The notes beneath the pieces are model-generated. The model worked only from the letters and a program-made list of their open reading frames with translations, ran no database searches and was not told the origin of the DNA. Positions 8,696 to 19,455 of a stretch of DNA of 64,000 bases are shown here, piece after piece. The stretch lies in contig CBCXTV010000001.1 of NCBI GenBank assembly GCA_965178125.1, positions 186,001 through 250,000 of the forward strand, read 5' to 3'. The position numbers and the translations under genes were made by a program. This DNA is from Bilabrum cf. latius (Eukaryota). Each line of letters opens with the position of its first letter. Position 1 is the first letter of the stretch.

Positions 8696-11513
8696 GAGGC
8701 CCTAGAGTGGCCCTTCTCCGCTTCAATTCCTGTCCCAAATCCGATTCCCATTTCGAGACCGAAAAAGGTGACCCGGAAAACGACGGTACTCTCCGTCACT
8801 CCATCTGGCGGCGAAAATTGCCTCAGTTTCCGGTCCCCGATTCCGGGCCCAGGGACCCCCGAAATTCCCGATTCCGCGCAGTGCCGAAAGCTCGACATAA
8901 ACCACAAACACGACACACAACACAACACGATAGCGCCTCCCCACGCGCGGGATTGGGTCCTTCCGCTCGCTGCATGTGAGCTGCAGTGTGTTCTTGCCGG
9001 GAATGTCACTGGAAGTCGCGCTGCAGTCTGCTCAGGGCGCCTTATGACCATGAAGGCGTCTCAGCACCCGCGACGGCAAGAGGGGGCACGCACGACGTTG
9101 CGAAGCACCCGCCCTGGGTGAAGAAACTGCGTATCCACAGGAGTCACGTTCAGGTGCGCGAGAATTGGAAAGGCGGGGTAACTGGTGCAGAGGAGCTTGT
9201 TCGCAGCGCGGCTTCCACCAGCGCCGCTGACGGTAAGATGCATCGGTCTCGGTACATGAGTCGGCACGGTGTTGCGTGATTGACTTCACGATGCGGGAGT
9301 GTGCAGCCTTCCGCAGCGGGAGAATTGTATCTCCCCACGACCGCCGAAAAAAAAAAGAAGGCTATGCTGGACTCGTTCCAGGGAAGGCTATGCGATGAGT
9401 ATCTCTAGGCGCTTTCCGGAAGACCCACCCACTACACGCTGGTCAGCCCTCCCAAGCGGGAGTGAACCGCGGATCCGCGGGCCCGTGAGCGCTGCTGCTA
9501 CGATCATTTCTGCCCGTTTGACTCTCGCCCACTCTTGCCGTGACCAAAGACGCGCAGATCCTTATGACGCATGACACCTCGTCGAGGTGTCGAGACTGCC
9601 TCACATTCCCGTTACAAAGACCCACAGCACTGCGACAACGAAATCGGTCACGAAGAGAGCAAGAGGCCGCGCACCTGAGCATCACAAAAACCCCGAGAGA
9701 CATAAACAACACCGTCCCGTGAAGTCCCTGCGACGAGGGGATGCTAAGCGGCTCCCACGGCGGCTCCTCTGCGGGAAAAGCTGCCGCAGACCTCGAGATG
9801 GGATGCACATGACTGCGAAGATTGCGGAACTCGTCCGAAGCCGGTCGCACGAGGGTCACAGCGAATGGAGGCATATCTATGAAATAGAGTCTGCGTGCAA
9901 AGCAGCATTCCAACGATCGTCCGCATTCTTCCGAGCAAATCCTTGGGAGCACACATCCTGCGGACGACATCTCTTTTCTATCCACCCCAGCGTACTCCCC
10001 GCACACACTTCTCGCGAATGATTGAGAATTCTGTGCGGCACATGTAATATCAGGCTACCATGATACGCGGAATGGCGTGCTATTGCTCGCACGTTCGTGC
10101 GCCCCCTTCCGAATGCGCTTACCACATCACTATGTTCGTCGGCAACCGTATACACCGTAGGGGTCTTCCCTCCGACACCAAGCGTACACGACTGGCCGTA
10201 ATAGCGCAGCGTAGATGTTTCGGACGTCGCCCAGGACAAGTGTCGACGCCCGGTTCGTCACGATCACTACGTGTGCACTTCACTCACCGCCCTCCAGCCG
10301 CTAGACTTCTTTTGGAGCGCGACATCCTACGACGCGCTATGACACGTAGCCGTAAACCGCAGACGGCCTCGCGTTCACTGCTTGCAGCGCAAGAGCGTGA
10401 ACAAGAACCGCCCGCGTGGCACACCTTCGCAGGCGCGGAAGACAAAAAGTTCCTTCTAAGCTTGTATTCGGGTCCGAAAGCCAAATTCCACTTCGGGGTC
10501 GAGAAGGGCGACCCGGGAAATCACCGTACGCTCTGTGAATCCATTTCCCGGGGAAAGTCCCCGAGTTCCCGCTACCCGGTCCCAGGCCCAGCGACCCAGG
10601 AAAGTTCCCGTCCCCCCGCATGCGGAAACCTCCCACGAAGCACGCCCACCTCACGCTTCACACGCAAAAGTCCAGGAGTCAAATCCATTCCGGACCCAGC
10701 AGTTCACCCCCGTGACGATTGGGAAAGGCTCTTGCACACACCTTCTCGTCCGAGCAGTCTATGGAGCACACACCTGTCTTCGTTGCCTTTTCCGGCCAAA
10801 AATGCAGGGAGTTCGAAGGGGAAGTAGCAAGCGCGGAAGACCGCTTTCGAAACGCAGGTGCTCAGGGAAAAACAACCAGAGCGTCCCTGATCCTCGGCAG
10901 AGCCGTCCAGGAGGGACGGGCACGGACGGGCATCGCAGATCTTGCAGCGCCACCATTCGCCGGGATGGGCGACCGGACGAGGGCGACCACAAGTACGTAG
11001 CGTGCGACGTCCGTCAGTCGCCATGTTGCGCTGATTCGCTTTCGCGGCACGACTTCCAGGGCCGGCCTTACTCACTCCTCGGAGTCCGCGTGTGGATTCT
11101 CCCCTGCGCATGATCTGCCGCTCTAGATGCTACACAAAGATCCCGCTCGGATGACCCCCTCTGTGCATTCTGCAAGATTTTACGCGCCTCCATTCAATGC
11201 GCGAAGCATGCACCGCAGCAGTCTGAGTCCGGTGACCACCTTCAATAGCGTGGGACAAATTCCGTCCGCGATGTGCATTCGGGCATGCTCCCCTTTCCGA
11301 GTCTCTGTGACCCGTAGTGCGTCCGCGGCCAACGACTCAGGACTCCACGATGGTACGCACGAGTTGCATTCCTTGCACGAAGCGTGCGGAGAGAAAGCGA
11401 TGCTCAGACATCGAGGCGCTTGGAGGGTCTGCACGCGACATGCTTCGAGAGGCCATGCAAACATGCGAAACCAGAACTGAGGTTCCTCATCGTTCCTGCT
11501 GTCGAGCGCTCAA

Positions 11514-14246
11514 TTGGGGCATCGGATCAGGACGAAGCTCGCGAAGAGAGGGCGCGGGTGTCCCCATCCAAAAATCCGCCGCCTTCAAGGCTCATGTTCC
11601 CGGATCCTGCATTCGCGAGTTTCGGGAGCAGAAGTGCAAGATCGCCGCTGGACACACAGCGCATGCCATTTCCCGTCTCTGGAGATGTCGGGCTTCCAGG
11701 CGCAATTCGGACACCATCGCCAGGACCTCGGGAAGATGACATGTCTGCTGATCTGCAGGGAAGAGTCCCGCTTCGAGGAGTGGCGACAAAAAAAAGGGGC
11801 GCGAGAACTCCAGGAGCACATGGGAGCGGTCCTTCGGCTCCCCAATCCAGTGTTTCCGCAGACCGACAGGGACCCAGATGGACGCGACATCGTCAAAGAC
11901 CAGGCCCTCTTGGATATCTTCTCCGGCAAGATAACGGACTGGAGCAAATACAATCCGGCCACTGTTGGGGCGATCCAATCCCATCGAAACGCATGGCTGT
12001 GGGCTGAGAACCACACGCCGACGGAATGGCTCATGGTTGTCGAAGATGATATCGAACCTCGCGAAGCATGCGTGGATCGGCTACTCGTAGTTCTTCACGC
12101 CATCGCGAAAAACCCCAAGGTGACGCAGATGGCCATGTTAGCGGGGTCAGAAGCACCGAGAATGGTCACCCTCCAGCACGAAAACTCCACCTCCATCCAC
12201 AATTGCGAGCGCCTCTTGGACGTGCGGACCTATCCGGCGCACTGGGTAGACAACACATTTGTGGTCCCCTACCACGTCGGCATGGGCCTAAAGTGGTATC
12301 TCATCAGCCCGGAGGGGAGGAAGGCGCTCCTGAAGATGCGGATCCCGAACCGAAGCTTCGAACGCTGCGTCTGGCGCCGCCTCTTCGACACGTTCCAAGG
12401 GCCGGTATGGAAGTGGGGAGATTGCCTCCGCATGACATCTGTGCTGGCAGCCAGCCCGGTCCTCGCATCGACTCCCGAGAGCATGGACACGGAGTGGGGG
12501 GGCTCGGGACGACGAAGTGCGGATGCAGGGCACAGTATGAAACCGTACATAATGGTCGACCCGAGTGACGACTGGACTCTTGGCGAGCGATTAAACACAT
12601 TGTCCGTCGTGATGTCCGTGTGCGCGGCCCTGAGTTGGGGGGTTGTCCTCGTCTGGGAAAAAACAGAGCGCGTGCCCATCTCCTACGAAGACTTGTGCGG
12701 TGTTCACGAGCACGCCGGCGAAACCAACACGTTCGTCCACCTCCTCCAGGACAAACGCGGCGGGTCGTATTCGTACTTCCTGAGGTACGGAGACATCCGC
12801 ATCCACGTGGTGCAGCCGATGATGTGCATCCCCACCCTCGACAGAATGCTCGACATGGTAGCCCTGAAGAGGCCCAAGATGAACACCCTGCCTCCCTTGA
12901 AATGGCAGACCGCTCGATGGATCCAAGTCAAGCAGAAGTGGATCGATAAACTCCACACGGAGATGCCGGGGGCCGAGCTGCCCTCATGGCTGGAGTGGCC
13001 ACCCTCAACCCACGCGCTTGTCCTCTGCGACGACAGGGACTTGGCGGCGCACTGCCTCGAGGGGAGATGCCAAAAGGAGCAGCAGGAGTGGATGAACGAC
13101 GGGAAGGACAACAGCATCCAGCACTACATCCTTGAGGCAAAGCAAGCGCTGCAGAACGAGTTGGAAGACATCCTAAAGGGGGACAGCAGCTCACGCCTCG
13201 TCGTGATCCGCATGACAACCAAACTGCTGGGACAGGTCTGGGTGGACATGATGAAGCACCTCACGAAGCAGTTCGGGAAGCGCATCATAACGCCAACGTT
13301 CCTCCTCCCGAAAATGATCCCCAAAAGGAGGCACGACGAAAAGAACCCGAGTGATGATTGGATTACTTGGGGAGCATCCTTGGCGAAAACCGTGGGCCTC
13401 CTCACGCTCATACCTCCGATGCAAGTGCACTATCCCATCATGAGCTGGACCGTGGCCTGGAACCACTTCATGTTTAAGGGCAGGACTGCCACGGACACCG
13501 TGATCCCAGACGTCATCCGAACTCTGTACGCTCCGCACAAGAGCAACAGGAAGCAGCTCCTCAAGAACGGCCCGCTGTGCCAGACGAGGCGCGCCGTGCT
13601 GGACTCGCCCGCACTGCGGGAGATTGCGAACAACTACTCAAGGGCCAAGGACAAGACCTATAACCTCTTGAGTTATTCCAAATGGTTTGCCGAAGAAGCC
13701 ATGTGGCACATGATCAAGTACGCGGAAAGCACGCAGTGCATCGTCGACCCGTTCGTGAGCCGCCAGTGCCAAAAGGTCTTCGAGCACATCCCCTCGGACG
13801 ACATCGGCCATGCGGACGCCCGGCTCCGGTACAACCTTCAGGATGCCGACGACCGAGGTTACCGCTTCAACGCGGGGCATCTCTACACCGCGGTGCAGGG
13901 CATCAAAACGGTGAACATCGCATACAACAAGTGGCTCACCGAGCAGGCACAGAGTCATTCCGAATGGAGCTGGGGCAAAACGTTCATCAAGCTTGTGATC
14001 AACCAGTGGCGGCAGCAGCAGGGCAGTGAGCCGTATGACGTGGACGAGGAGGACTACGTGAGCCTTCCGCGGACCTTCCACGGGAATTCGTTGAAGCTCG
14101 CGAGGAGCGTAAGCCTCCAGGACACGAGATCCTGCTCCAGATCGTCCTCATCCTATTCCAGGTCGCCCTCCACCAACAGGACTGAGGCACAGCCTTCGAA
14201 GAGAGCGCGCCTGACCCCGGCACCCGGCGTAAAGCACGAGCCCTGA
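11514..14246 (+). CDS. ORF910: large protein with an N-terminal glycosyltransferase family 25-like domain (first ATG at 11685)
   Basis: Longest ORF with globular composition; GAIQSHRNAW...WLMVVEDD...GLKWYLISPEGRKALLK fits the GT25 pattern G-x2/3-SH-x3-W / hhhEDD / G-x3-Y-h-h-S-x2-G-x3-LL; C-terminal ~550 aa unrecognised; NLS-like PSKRARL. Confidence 0.8.
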   Translation: MGHRIRTKLAKRGRGCPHPKIRRLQGSCSRILHSRVSGAEVQDRRWTHSACHFPSLEMSGFQAQFGHHRQDLGKMTCLLICREESRFEEWRQKKGARELQEHMGAVLRLPNPVFPQTDRDPDGRDIVKDQALLDIFSGKITDWSKYNPATVGAIQSHRNAWLWAENHTPTEWLMVVEDDIEPREACVDRLLVVLHAIAKNPKVTQMAMLAGSEAPRMVTLQHENSTSIHNCERLLDVRTYPAHWVDNTFVVPYHVGMGLKWYLISPEGRKALLKMRIPNRSFERCVWRRLFDTFQGPVWKWGDCLRMTSVLAASPVLASTPESMDTEWGGSGRRSADAGHSMKPYIMVDPSDDWTLGERLNTLSVVMSVCAALSWGVVLVWEKTERVPISYEDLCGVHEHAGETNTFVHLLQDKRGGSYSYFLRYGDIRIHVVQPMMCIPTLDRMLDMVALKRPKMNTLPPLKWQTARWIQVKQKWIDKLHTEMPGAELPSWLEWPPSTHALVLCDDRDLAAHCLEGRCQKEQQEWMNDGKDNSIQHYILEAKQALQNELEDILKGDSSSRLVVIRMTTKLLGQVWVDMMKHLTKQFGKRIITPTFLLPKMIPKRRHDEKNPSDDWITWGASLAKTVGLLTLIPPMQVHYPIMSWTVAWNHFMFKGRTATDTVIPDVIRTLYAPHKSNRKQLLKNGPLCQTRRAVLDSPALREIANNYSRAKDKTYNLLSYSKWFAEEAMWHMIKYAESTQCIVDPFVSRQCQKVFEHIPSDDIGHADARLRYNLQDADDRGYRFNAGHLYTAVQGIKTVNIAYNKWLTEQAQSHSEWSWGKTFIKLVINQWRQQQGSEPYDVDEEDYVSLPRTFHGNSLKLARSVSLQDTRSCSRSSSSYSRSPSTNRTEAQPSKRARLTPAPGVKHEP

Positions 14247-15120
14247 CGACGAAATGCCGCAGAACAGCGCGTTGCGGGGAGACAAAGCTCCGCGGGCAAC
14301 AGCAGAAGGCCGCCGAGCGCCGGAGTTGGAGGGTCACATAGTTCCATCGGTCCCATTCTCTCCGGAAGTCGCATAGCACGTAGAGATCCGCATGCTCTCG
14401 GTGCATGAACGCTGGCAGCACGCAGTGCCAAAGTCGCAAAGCGCTTCAGAGTCACAAGTCCAGAAGTTCTTCTGCCAATGTGTGTCCTCTTCCCGCTCAT
14501 GTGTGCATCCTCGGAGGAAGTCTGGAGATGACAGGACCCAGCACGCAGCACATCAGAAGTCCTTTTTTAAAGCGGCATCGTCAGACAAAAATCTGGAACG
14601 CCCTTCCGCAAAAAAGAGTGCTGCCCACAGAAAAAAGGGAAACACCTGAGGCCCCAGAAGCCAAAGGGAGGACCGCGAAGGACGCAGTTTCGAGGTCACA
14701 CTTTCCGGGACCAGTTTTGAGCCCAAAAAGGGGTACACAAGAGGAAAACACGATGCGGGAGGCTTGAAATTGTCACCGAAAACGGGCCCAAAATTGGGAC
14801 CCCTTTTTCGCAAATTTCGCAGCATCCAGACGACCCAGAAAGGCTTTCCCAGGCGCCGCCTCGAAGCTCACCTTCTCGCATGCAACCATGACGCAGCCCC
14901 ACCTCCTCATGCAGACGCGTCTGAGAGACCCCGCAGTGGAACTTCTCCCATTCTGCGCAGGAAGCACCTCAGTCTACAAGGACCCGCGCACTTCTTACCG
15001 CACCACCTCCATGTGAAAGCACTTCTCGCGGAGTTTTTTTCGGGCCCAGGAATACAGCAACTGCCAGAAGCTTCGCACAGAAAAGCAGCCCACTCAGGAA
15101 GCAAACTCACTGCACACCCC

Positions 15121-15591
15121 ATGGCGAGCGACGCAGAACCGGAGGACGCAATGCGGCTCGACTCCCCTAGAGATGCGGATGCAGCGGCGCCACCCGAAGC
15201 GACGGAGGCAGGATCACAGAAACCAGATCATGCGCAGCAGTTCTTCGAGGAGCCCTGCCCGAAAGACGGACACATGGAAGCGCCAGAGAAGACCGCCAAG
15301 ACGGACGAACCTGGCGACACACCCATGTTCGTCGACAAGTGGACGGCAGCGATCACACGCCTTACCGAGGAGCGCAAGGCTCTCAAGCTCGAGCAGCGGG
15401 CTAAAACGAAGGCCATCCGCAAAACCATCCGGCAGAAAAGGCGCACCATGAAGAACGCCAAAAAACTCACAGACGACGAGCTCGCCCAAATCGTGCTAGA
15501 CAGGAAGATCTTGCAGTTGGTGCAAAAAGAAGAGATCGCAGCACGCAGCTCCGCCAACTCCTCAACGAGCCAGGCGAAGTCGACCTTGTGA
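15121..15591 (+). CDS. Small protein with an acidic N-terminus and a basic coiled coil (156 aa from ATG; ORF open from 14764)
   Basis: KWTAAITRLTEERKALKLEQRAKTKAIRKTIRQKRRTMKNAKKLTDDELAQIVL is a helical, K/R-rich segment. Confidence 0.65.
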   Translation: MASDAEPEDAMRLDSPRDADAAAPPEATEAGSQKPDHAQQFFEEPCPKDGHMEAPEKTAKTDEPGDTPMFVDKWTAAITRLTEERKALKLEQRAKTKAIRKTIRQKRRTMKNAKKLTDDELAQIVLDRKILQLVQKEEIAARSSANSSTSQAKSTL

Positions 15592-16012
15592 GAAGCGCTT
15601 CCCGTGTTCAGAGAACCGAGGATTACAGATAGACCCCGCGTCACAGAAGCCATCGCAAGAGGGCAGAGCGTCAAGTACAGCGCAGTCTTGACGGACACAG
15701 ATAGCCCGAGCAGCACAAAGCAGCGGATGCGGCTGCCCAGCGGAGTCGCGCACTCGGACAGCATACACGGGACGTGCTGGCAGAAATCACTCAGTCCGCG
15801 AGCACCGTCGTCAAGAGCACGGGAGGGGCAGACTCGACATGCACAACTTTGAAAAACGGGAGGGCACGAAAGGAAGACAAATTTGGCATTAATCCTTGAT
15901 TACCCCCGCCCCCCCGTAGAATCAGAGCGAGGAGATATGCTCGGAAGGTCCGGGGGGCAGTCGCAGAAAAGTGCACGCGAAAATAAGAGGAAAGGAGACC
16001 CCCCAAACCCAC

Positions 16013-16257
16013 GTAGTGCGACCCTCGGGGGTACCCTCTAAGGTACTAAGAATCCTTCCCCCGAAAATCGCACTACATCGGTCCCTGGCGTCGGGGAAAG
16101 CGGAAAAAAGGGGAGCACTACCGTGAAAAAATCCTGCATTTTACAGGAAAATCGGAGCACTACGTGTCAAAAACTGGGGGTTTTTGAGGTTTTTTTTCCA
16201 GAAAAACGGCATTTTTTTATGTAAAAACCGCGCGAAACGAGCACTACCGAGCACTAC
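16013..16257. promoter_or_regulatory. Candidate rolling-circle origin / Rep-binding region: stem-loop plus iteron-like GCACTAC repeats
   Basis: GTAGTGCGA (16013-16021) pairs with TCGCACTAC (16068-16076); inner TCGGGGG/CCCCCGA and GTACC/GGTAC; GAGCACTAC at 16113, 16155, 16239, 16249; ~500 bp upstream of Rep. Confidence 0.6.
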
Positions 16258-16765
16258 ATCGCCTCCTCCAGTCGTGTTTCGCATTTTTTTCGCTGGCCGA
16301 AAATGTCTCCGAAGGCGCTGCCTCGAGGGGGGGTTCCGATGGCTGATTTTGGGCGTTCTGTTGTCGATTTCGCGTGCATTTCAGGTTGTCGGCGAGGCCT
16401 TTTTGGCGTATGTCGCAGTTCGGATGCCCTCGAACGTCGTGTCTCATGTGGTATTCGCCGGTTTCTATGTTGGAGAAGGCGGTCGGTCGATCATCCTCTC
16501 TGGCAGGCTCCGAAGTGCGTTTGTGATCGTGCTAATTGCAACGCCATGCTTTCCTTCGTTGGCTTCGAGAATCCTTCCCTCGGAAGCGGTAGTACCTCGC
16601 CCAGGGCGGCACGAGCTGCAGACTCAGCTGCCTCGGTGCTCATGTGTGTCCCGTGTCAGCAGTTTCGGTGTTACGAACAGCAAGGATTCTGGGCATTGCG
16701 TGTCGGAGGCAAGTGTTCTATCTTGAGGCATTCCGCGATTCGTCGAAGGATTATTTGCGCAAATA

Positions 16766-19051
16766 ATGTCGGCTCCGTTCAAGGGCGAAACGATGAGTTT
16801 GTCTGTTGCCGAGTCGCTGAAGTCCCGAGTCGCATCCTGCTCCTGGGATCCCGCGTGGGTTTCCGCGAGCTGCGTGCCGTGCGATGGCCTCCCCACAAGC
16901 CAGGAGTCAGAAGCGTCCACGACGGCGACCTCTGCTTTGTTAGGGGTGTCCGAGGCGTCCCCAACGTGCTCGTGTGGCCTCGGTGTCTCCAATTCGGTGG
17001 CTGCAGCGCGCGCGGCCGCTGTCCCGAGTTTTGGCTTTGACGATGCGGAGAACGACTTCGACGCCAGTCTCGACATGATTGAGGCCTCATGCGAGGTCGC
17101 ATGCGAGGCAGAATGCGAGGGCGATCCGGGAGCCTGCTTGTTGTCCCACGGCAAGTCGAGCGGTCAGTGGCAGATCGGCGTAGTGGGTGAACGAGTCCTT
17201 TATGAGGGCCTCAGCGTTGAGGGCGACATTCCTGGCCGCGTTGCTGCCTCCGAAGCGCTCGCCGCGGGTGTCATCAATTTGGAACCCCCGTCAGAGGAAG
17301 TACTTTTGCCGGTGCAGCTTCTGCGGAGTAGTCAAGGTTACCGTGGGGTTCTGCCCATCGAGGATTCTGCGCCCGATGCGAGGGGGCGACCGCAGATGCT
17401 CATGCTCCCCGATTTCGTGCCCCGCGTGAAGAGGCGGCGTCTTCGGCAGAAGTGCGACCCTGCTGAGGGCGATGCAGCACCGAGTCTTGCGGCTCATCTC
17501 GGACCTCCGCCCGCGGCTCGTGCCGCGGCCGGAGCGTCTGGGCCGCAGCGCTCGACTGGAAGGCCTTCGACTCGTCCTATTGATAGTGTCATCTATCGTC
17601 TCCTGCGGGTTTTCCCTGACGATTTCAAGTTGGCGTTTCCGGCGTCGGTGTCACACCAGCGGAAGCGGTGCCTCATCAGGGAGGCGCTTCGCAATGTACC
17701 CGGTGACCGCATGTGCATCTTGAAAGACTGGGCTGCGGGGGCGGAGGACACTCCTTGCCAGCTTCGTTTCGAGGAGCTCTTCCCGGAGCTTGCGCGGCAG
17801 CGGGACGAAGTTGTGAGGAATCCGGGATCGCACTCAGTGCCCGTGGGCGAGATTGTGCCTGCGTCCGACAAGAACACGAGGCGGGGAAGGGCCGTGATGC
17901 TTACCTTTCACGGTCGCTGGGGTGTCGAAAAGGAGTCTGTGCGCGACATCATGTCGGCATCCGTGGCAAGGGGCGTCCTGAGGCGATTGGTTCTCGCGTC
18001 TCCGTTCTATGTGGAGCTTTGGGCCACCTTCAAGGCATGGGCGCAGGACATCGCGCGGCGGATGATGTGGCCTCAGCTGTCCATGAAAATGGAGCTCTCC
18101 CTGCACCGCAAGCACGCCGCAAACTTGGTGCACTTCCACGTATGCATGACGGATTCCGAGAAGTCGCATCGTTGTCGCGTGGCGGAGGATTTCATGTGGG
18201 CCGGCAGCAGGCCGAATGTCGTCTACGGCTCCGGGCGGTCAGCGAAGGCGCAGGAACGTGGCGCGTCGGAGTTACACTATTATTGTCAAGCTCCCAAAGT
18301 CGGTGCGCTGCTTTGCGCCACGAACTACCGAGCCGGACGCGATTTCGTCGTCAATGGTAAGTTCGTGCACGCGTTGTTCGCACGCTTCAAAATGGATCCG
18401 GACGTCGCGAGAAGGGAACTCGTGGCGTATCGGTGTCGGGACGCCGAGAACTTAGTGCGCGCCATCGACTTCCACATACAGAATACCGCGGAGAGGAGAG
18501 AGGTGTGCGCGCAGGCCGCGGTGCACGTAGTGACGAAGCTCCGCCCCTTTAAGGTGGTGCCCGAAGTCGAGAAGTGGCGCGAGAGCTATCGTCAGGAGTG
18601 GTTCGCGCACATGCGCTTCAAGTTCCTTGTCTTGGTGGGGGACTCCCGGTTCGGGAAGACAGTGTACGCGCGGAATCTCTTCGGGAGCGAAAGGACTCTT
18701 GTTGTGAACTGTCAGGGCAGTGTGGAACCTCCGCTCCGTGGCTTCGATCGAAGTCGGCATGTGGCCATTGTGTTCGACGAGGCAAATGCCCTGTGGGTCG
18801 TCAACAACAAACAGGTCTTTCAGGCTGGCCTTGACCCCTCCCTGCTCGGCCAGAGCAAGACGAACAGCCTCGCATACTCTGTGTGGCTCCACGGTATCGC
18901 CCTGATCATCTGCACGAATTCGTGGGGCTCTGACGTGACGGAGTCGGCGGACCGCGATTGGCTTGACAACAACTGCACGAAAGTGGAGGTGAAAGATCGG
19001 CTCTACTTCGACGAGGACTTGTTGTCTCTCACGGATGTGCAGAAGAGCTGA
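16766..19051 (+). CDS. rep: CRESS-virus-like replication initiator: HUH endonuclease + superfamily 3 helicase, with a ~370-aa N-terminal extension
   Basis: RCR motif I VMLTF (17894), motif II VHFHV (HxH at 18131-18139), motif III-like HYYCQAPK (18275-18298), Walker A GDSRFGKT (18638-18661), Walker B IVFDE (18767-18781), motif C IICTN (18905-18919). Confidence 0.9.
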   Translation: MSAPFKGETMSLSVAESLKSRVASCSWDPAWVSASCVPCDGLPTSQESEASTTATSALLGVSEASPTCSCGLGVSNSVAAARAAAVPSFGFDDAENDFDASLDMIEASCEVACEAECEGDPGACLLSHGKSSGQWQIGVVGERVLYEGLSVEGDIPGRVAASEALAAGVINLEPPSEEVLLPVQLLRSSQGYRGVLPIEDSAPDARGRPQMLMLPDFVPRVKRRRLRQKCDPAEGDAAPSLAAHLGPPPAARAAAGASGPQRSTGRPSTRPIDSVIYRLLRVFPDDFKLAFPASVSHQRKRCLIREALRNVPGDRMCILKDWAAGAEDTPCQLRFEELFPELARQRDEVVRNPGSHSVPVGEIVPASDKNTRRGRAVMLTFHGRWGVEKESVRDIMSASVARGVLRRLVLASPFYVELWATFKAWAQDIARRMMWPQLSMKMELSLHRKHAANLVHFHVCMTDSEKSHRCRVAEDFMWAGSRPNVVYGSGRSAKAQERGASELHYYCQAPKVGALLCATNYRAGRDFVVNGKFVHALFARFKMDPDVARRELVAYRCRDAENLVRAIDFHIQNTAERREVCAQAAVHVVTKLRPFKVVPEVEKWRESYRQEWFAHMRFKFLVLVGDSRFGKTVYARNLFGSERTLVVNCQGSVEPPLRGFDRSRHVAIVFDEANALWVVNNKQVFQAGLDPSLLGQSKTNSLAYSVWLHGIALIICTNSWGSDVTESADRDWLDNNCTKVEVKDRLYFDEDLLSLTDVQKS

Positions 19052-19255
19052 CGCCGGCCGCTGAGGTTTTCAGTCCGGTTCACACGAGCGCCGGAGCCGC
19101 AGCGGCAGCCGCTTCGGTGCTCCTGAAGGTCTAATGTCCTCAATGCGTTTCGTGTGCAAAAAGGATGTGGTTTCTACATGGGGGCATTCCGCAAGTTTCA
19201 TGTGGTCCGTCGCGTTCGTCCGGGGGAGTGCTTGCCTAGTATTGGGAGCTTGCCT

Positions 19256-19307
19256 GACACACACACACGTGGCACCCAGCCTGATGGGTTGCAAGTGTGT
19301 GTGTGTC
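19256..19307. other. Hairpin with a (CA)n/(TG)n stem downstream of rep (also at 46451-46502)
   Basis: GACACACACACAC (19256-19268) pairs with GTGTGTGTGTGTC (19295-19307); inner CCCA/TGGG. Confidence 0.7.
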
Positions 19308-19455
19308 TCCGCAGTGCCGCGGTTGGGACCCGGCGGGTCGTTTGCTTTTACGTCGCCGCGTCGCGCGCCGACGAGACATTTCTTGGTCTCAGAAGCCTCT
19401 GCTTCCGGTAGGCGCGCCGTGTACACTCGCGGGCCGAAGGTGGGTGCGTTGCTTG

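Noticed and set aside
8900-11500. Protein genes among the short overlapping ORFs, including a possible capsid
   Set aside because: No recognisable motifs; the 255-aa ORF at 10060 is frameshifted in copy 2; no capsid can be supported, though a divergent one cannot be excluded
16766-19051. Helitron RepHel
   Set aside because: The helicase has compact SF3 motifs (A, B, C within ~95 aa), not Pif1/SF1 motifs, and the protein is much shorter than a RepHel
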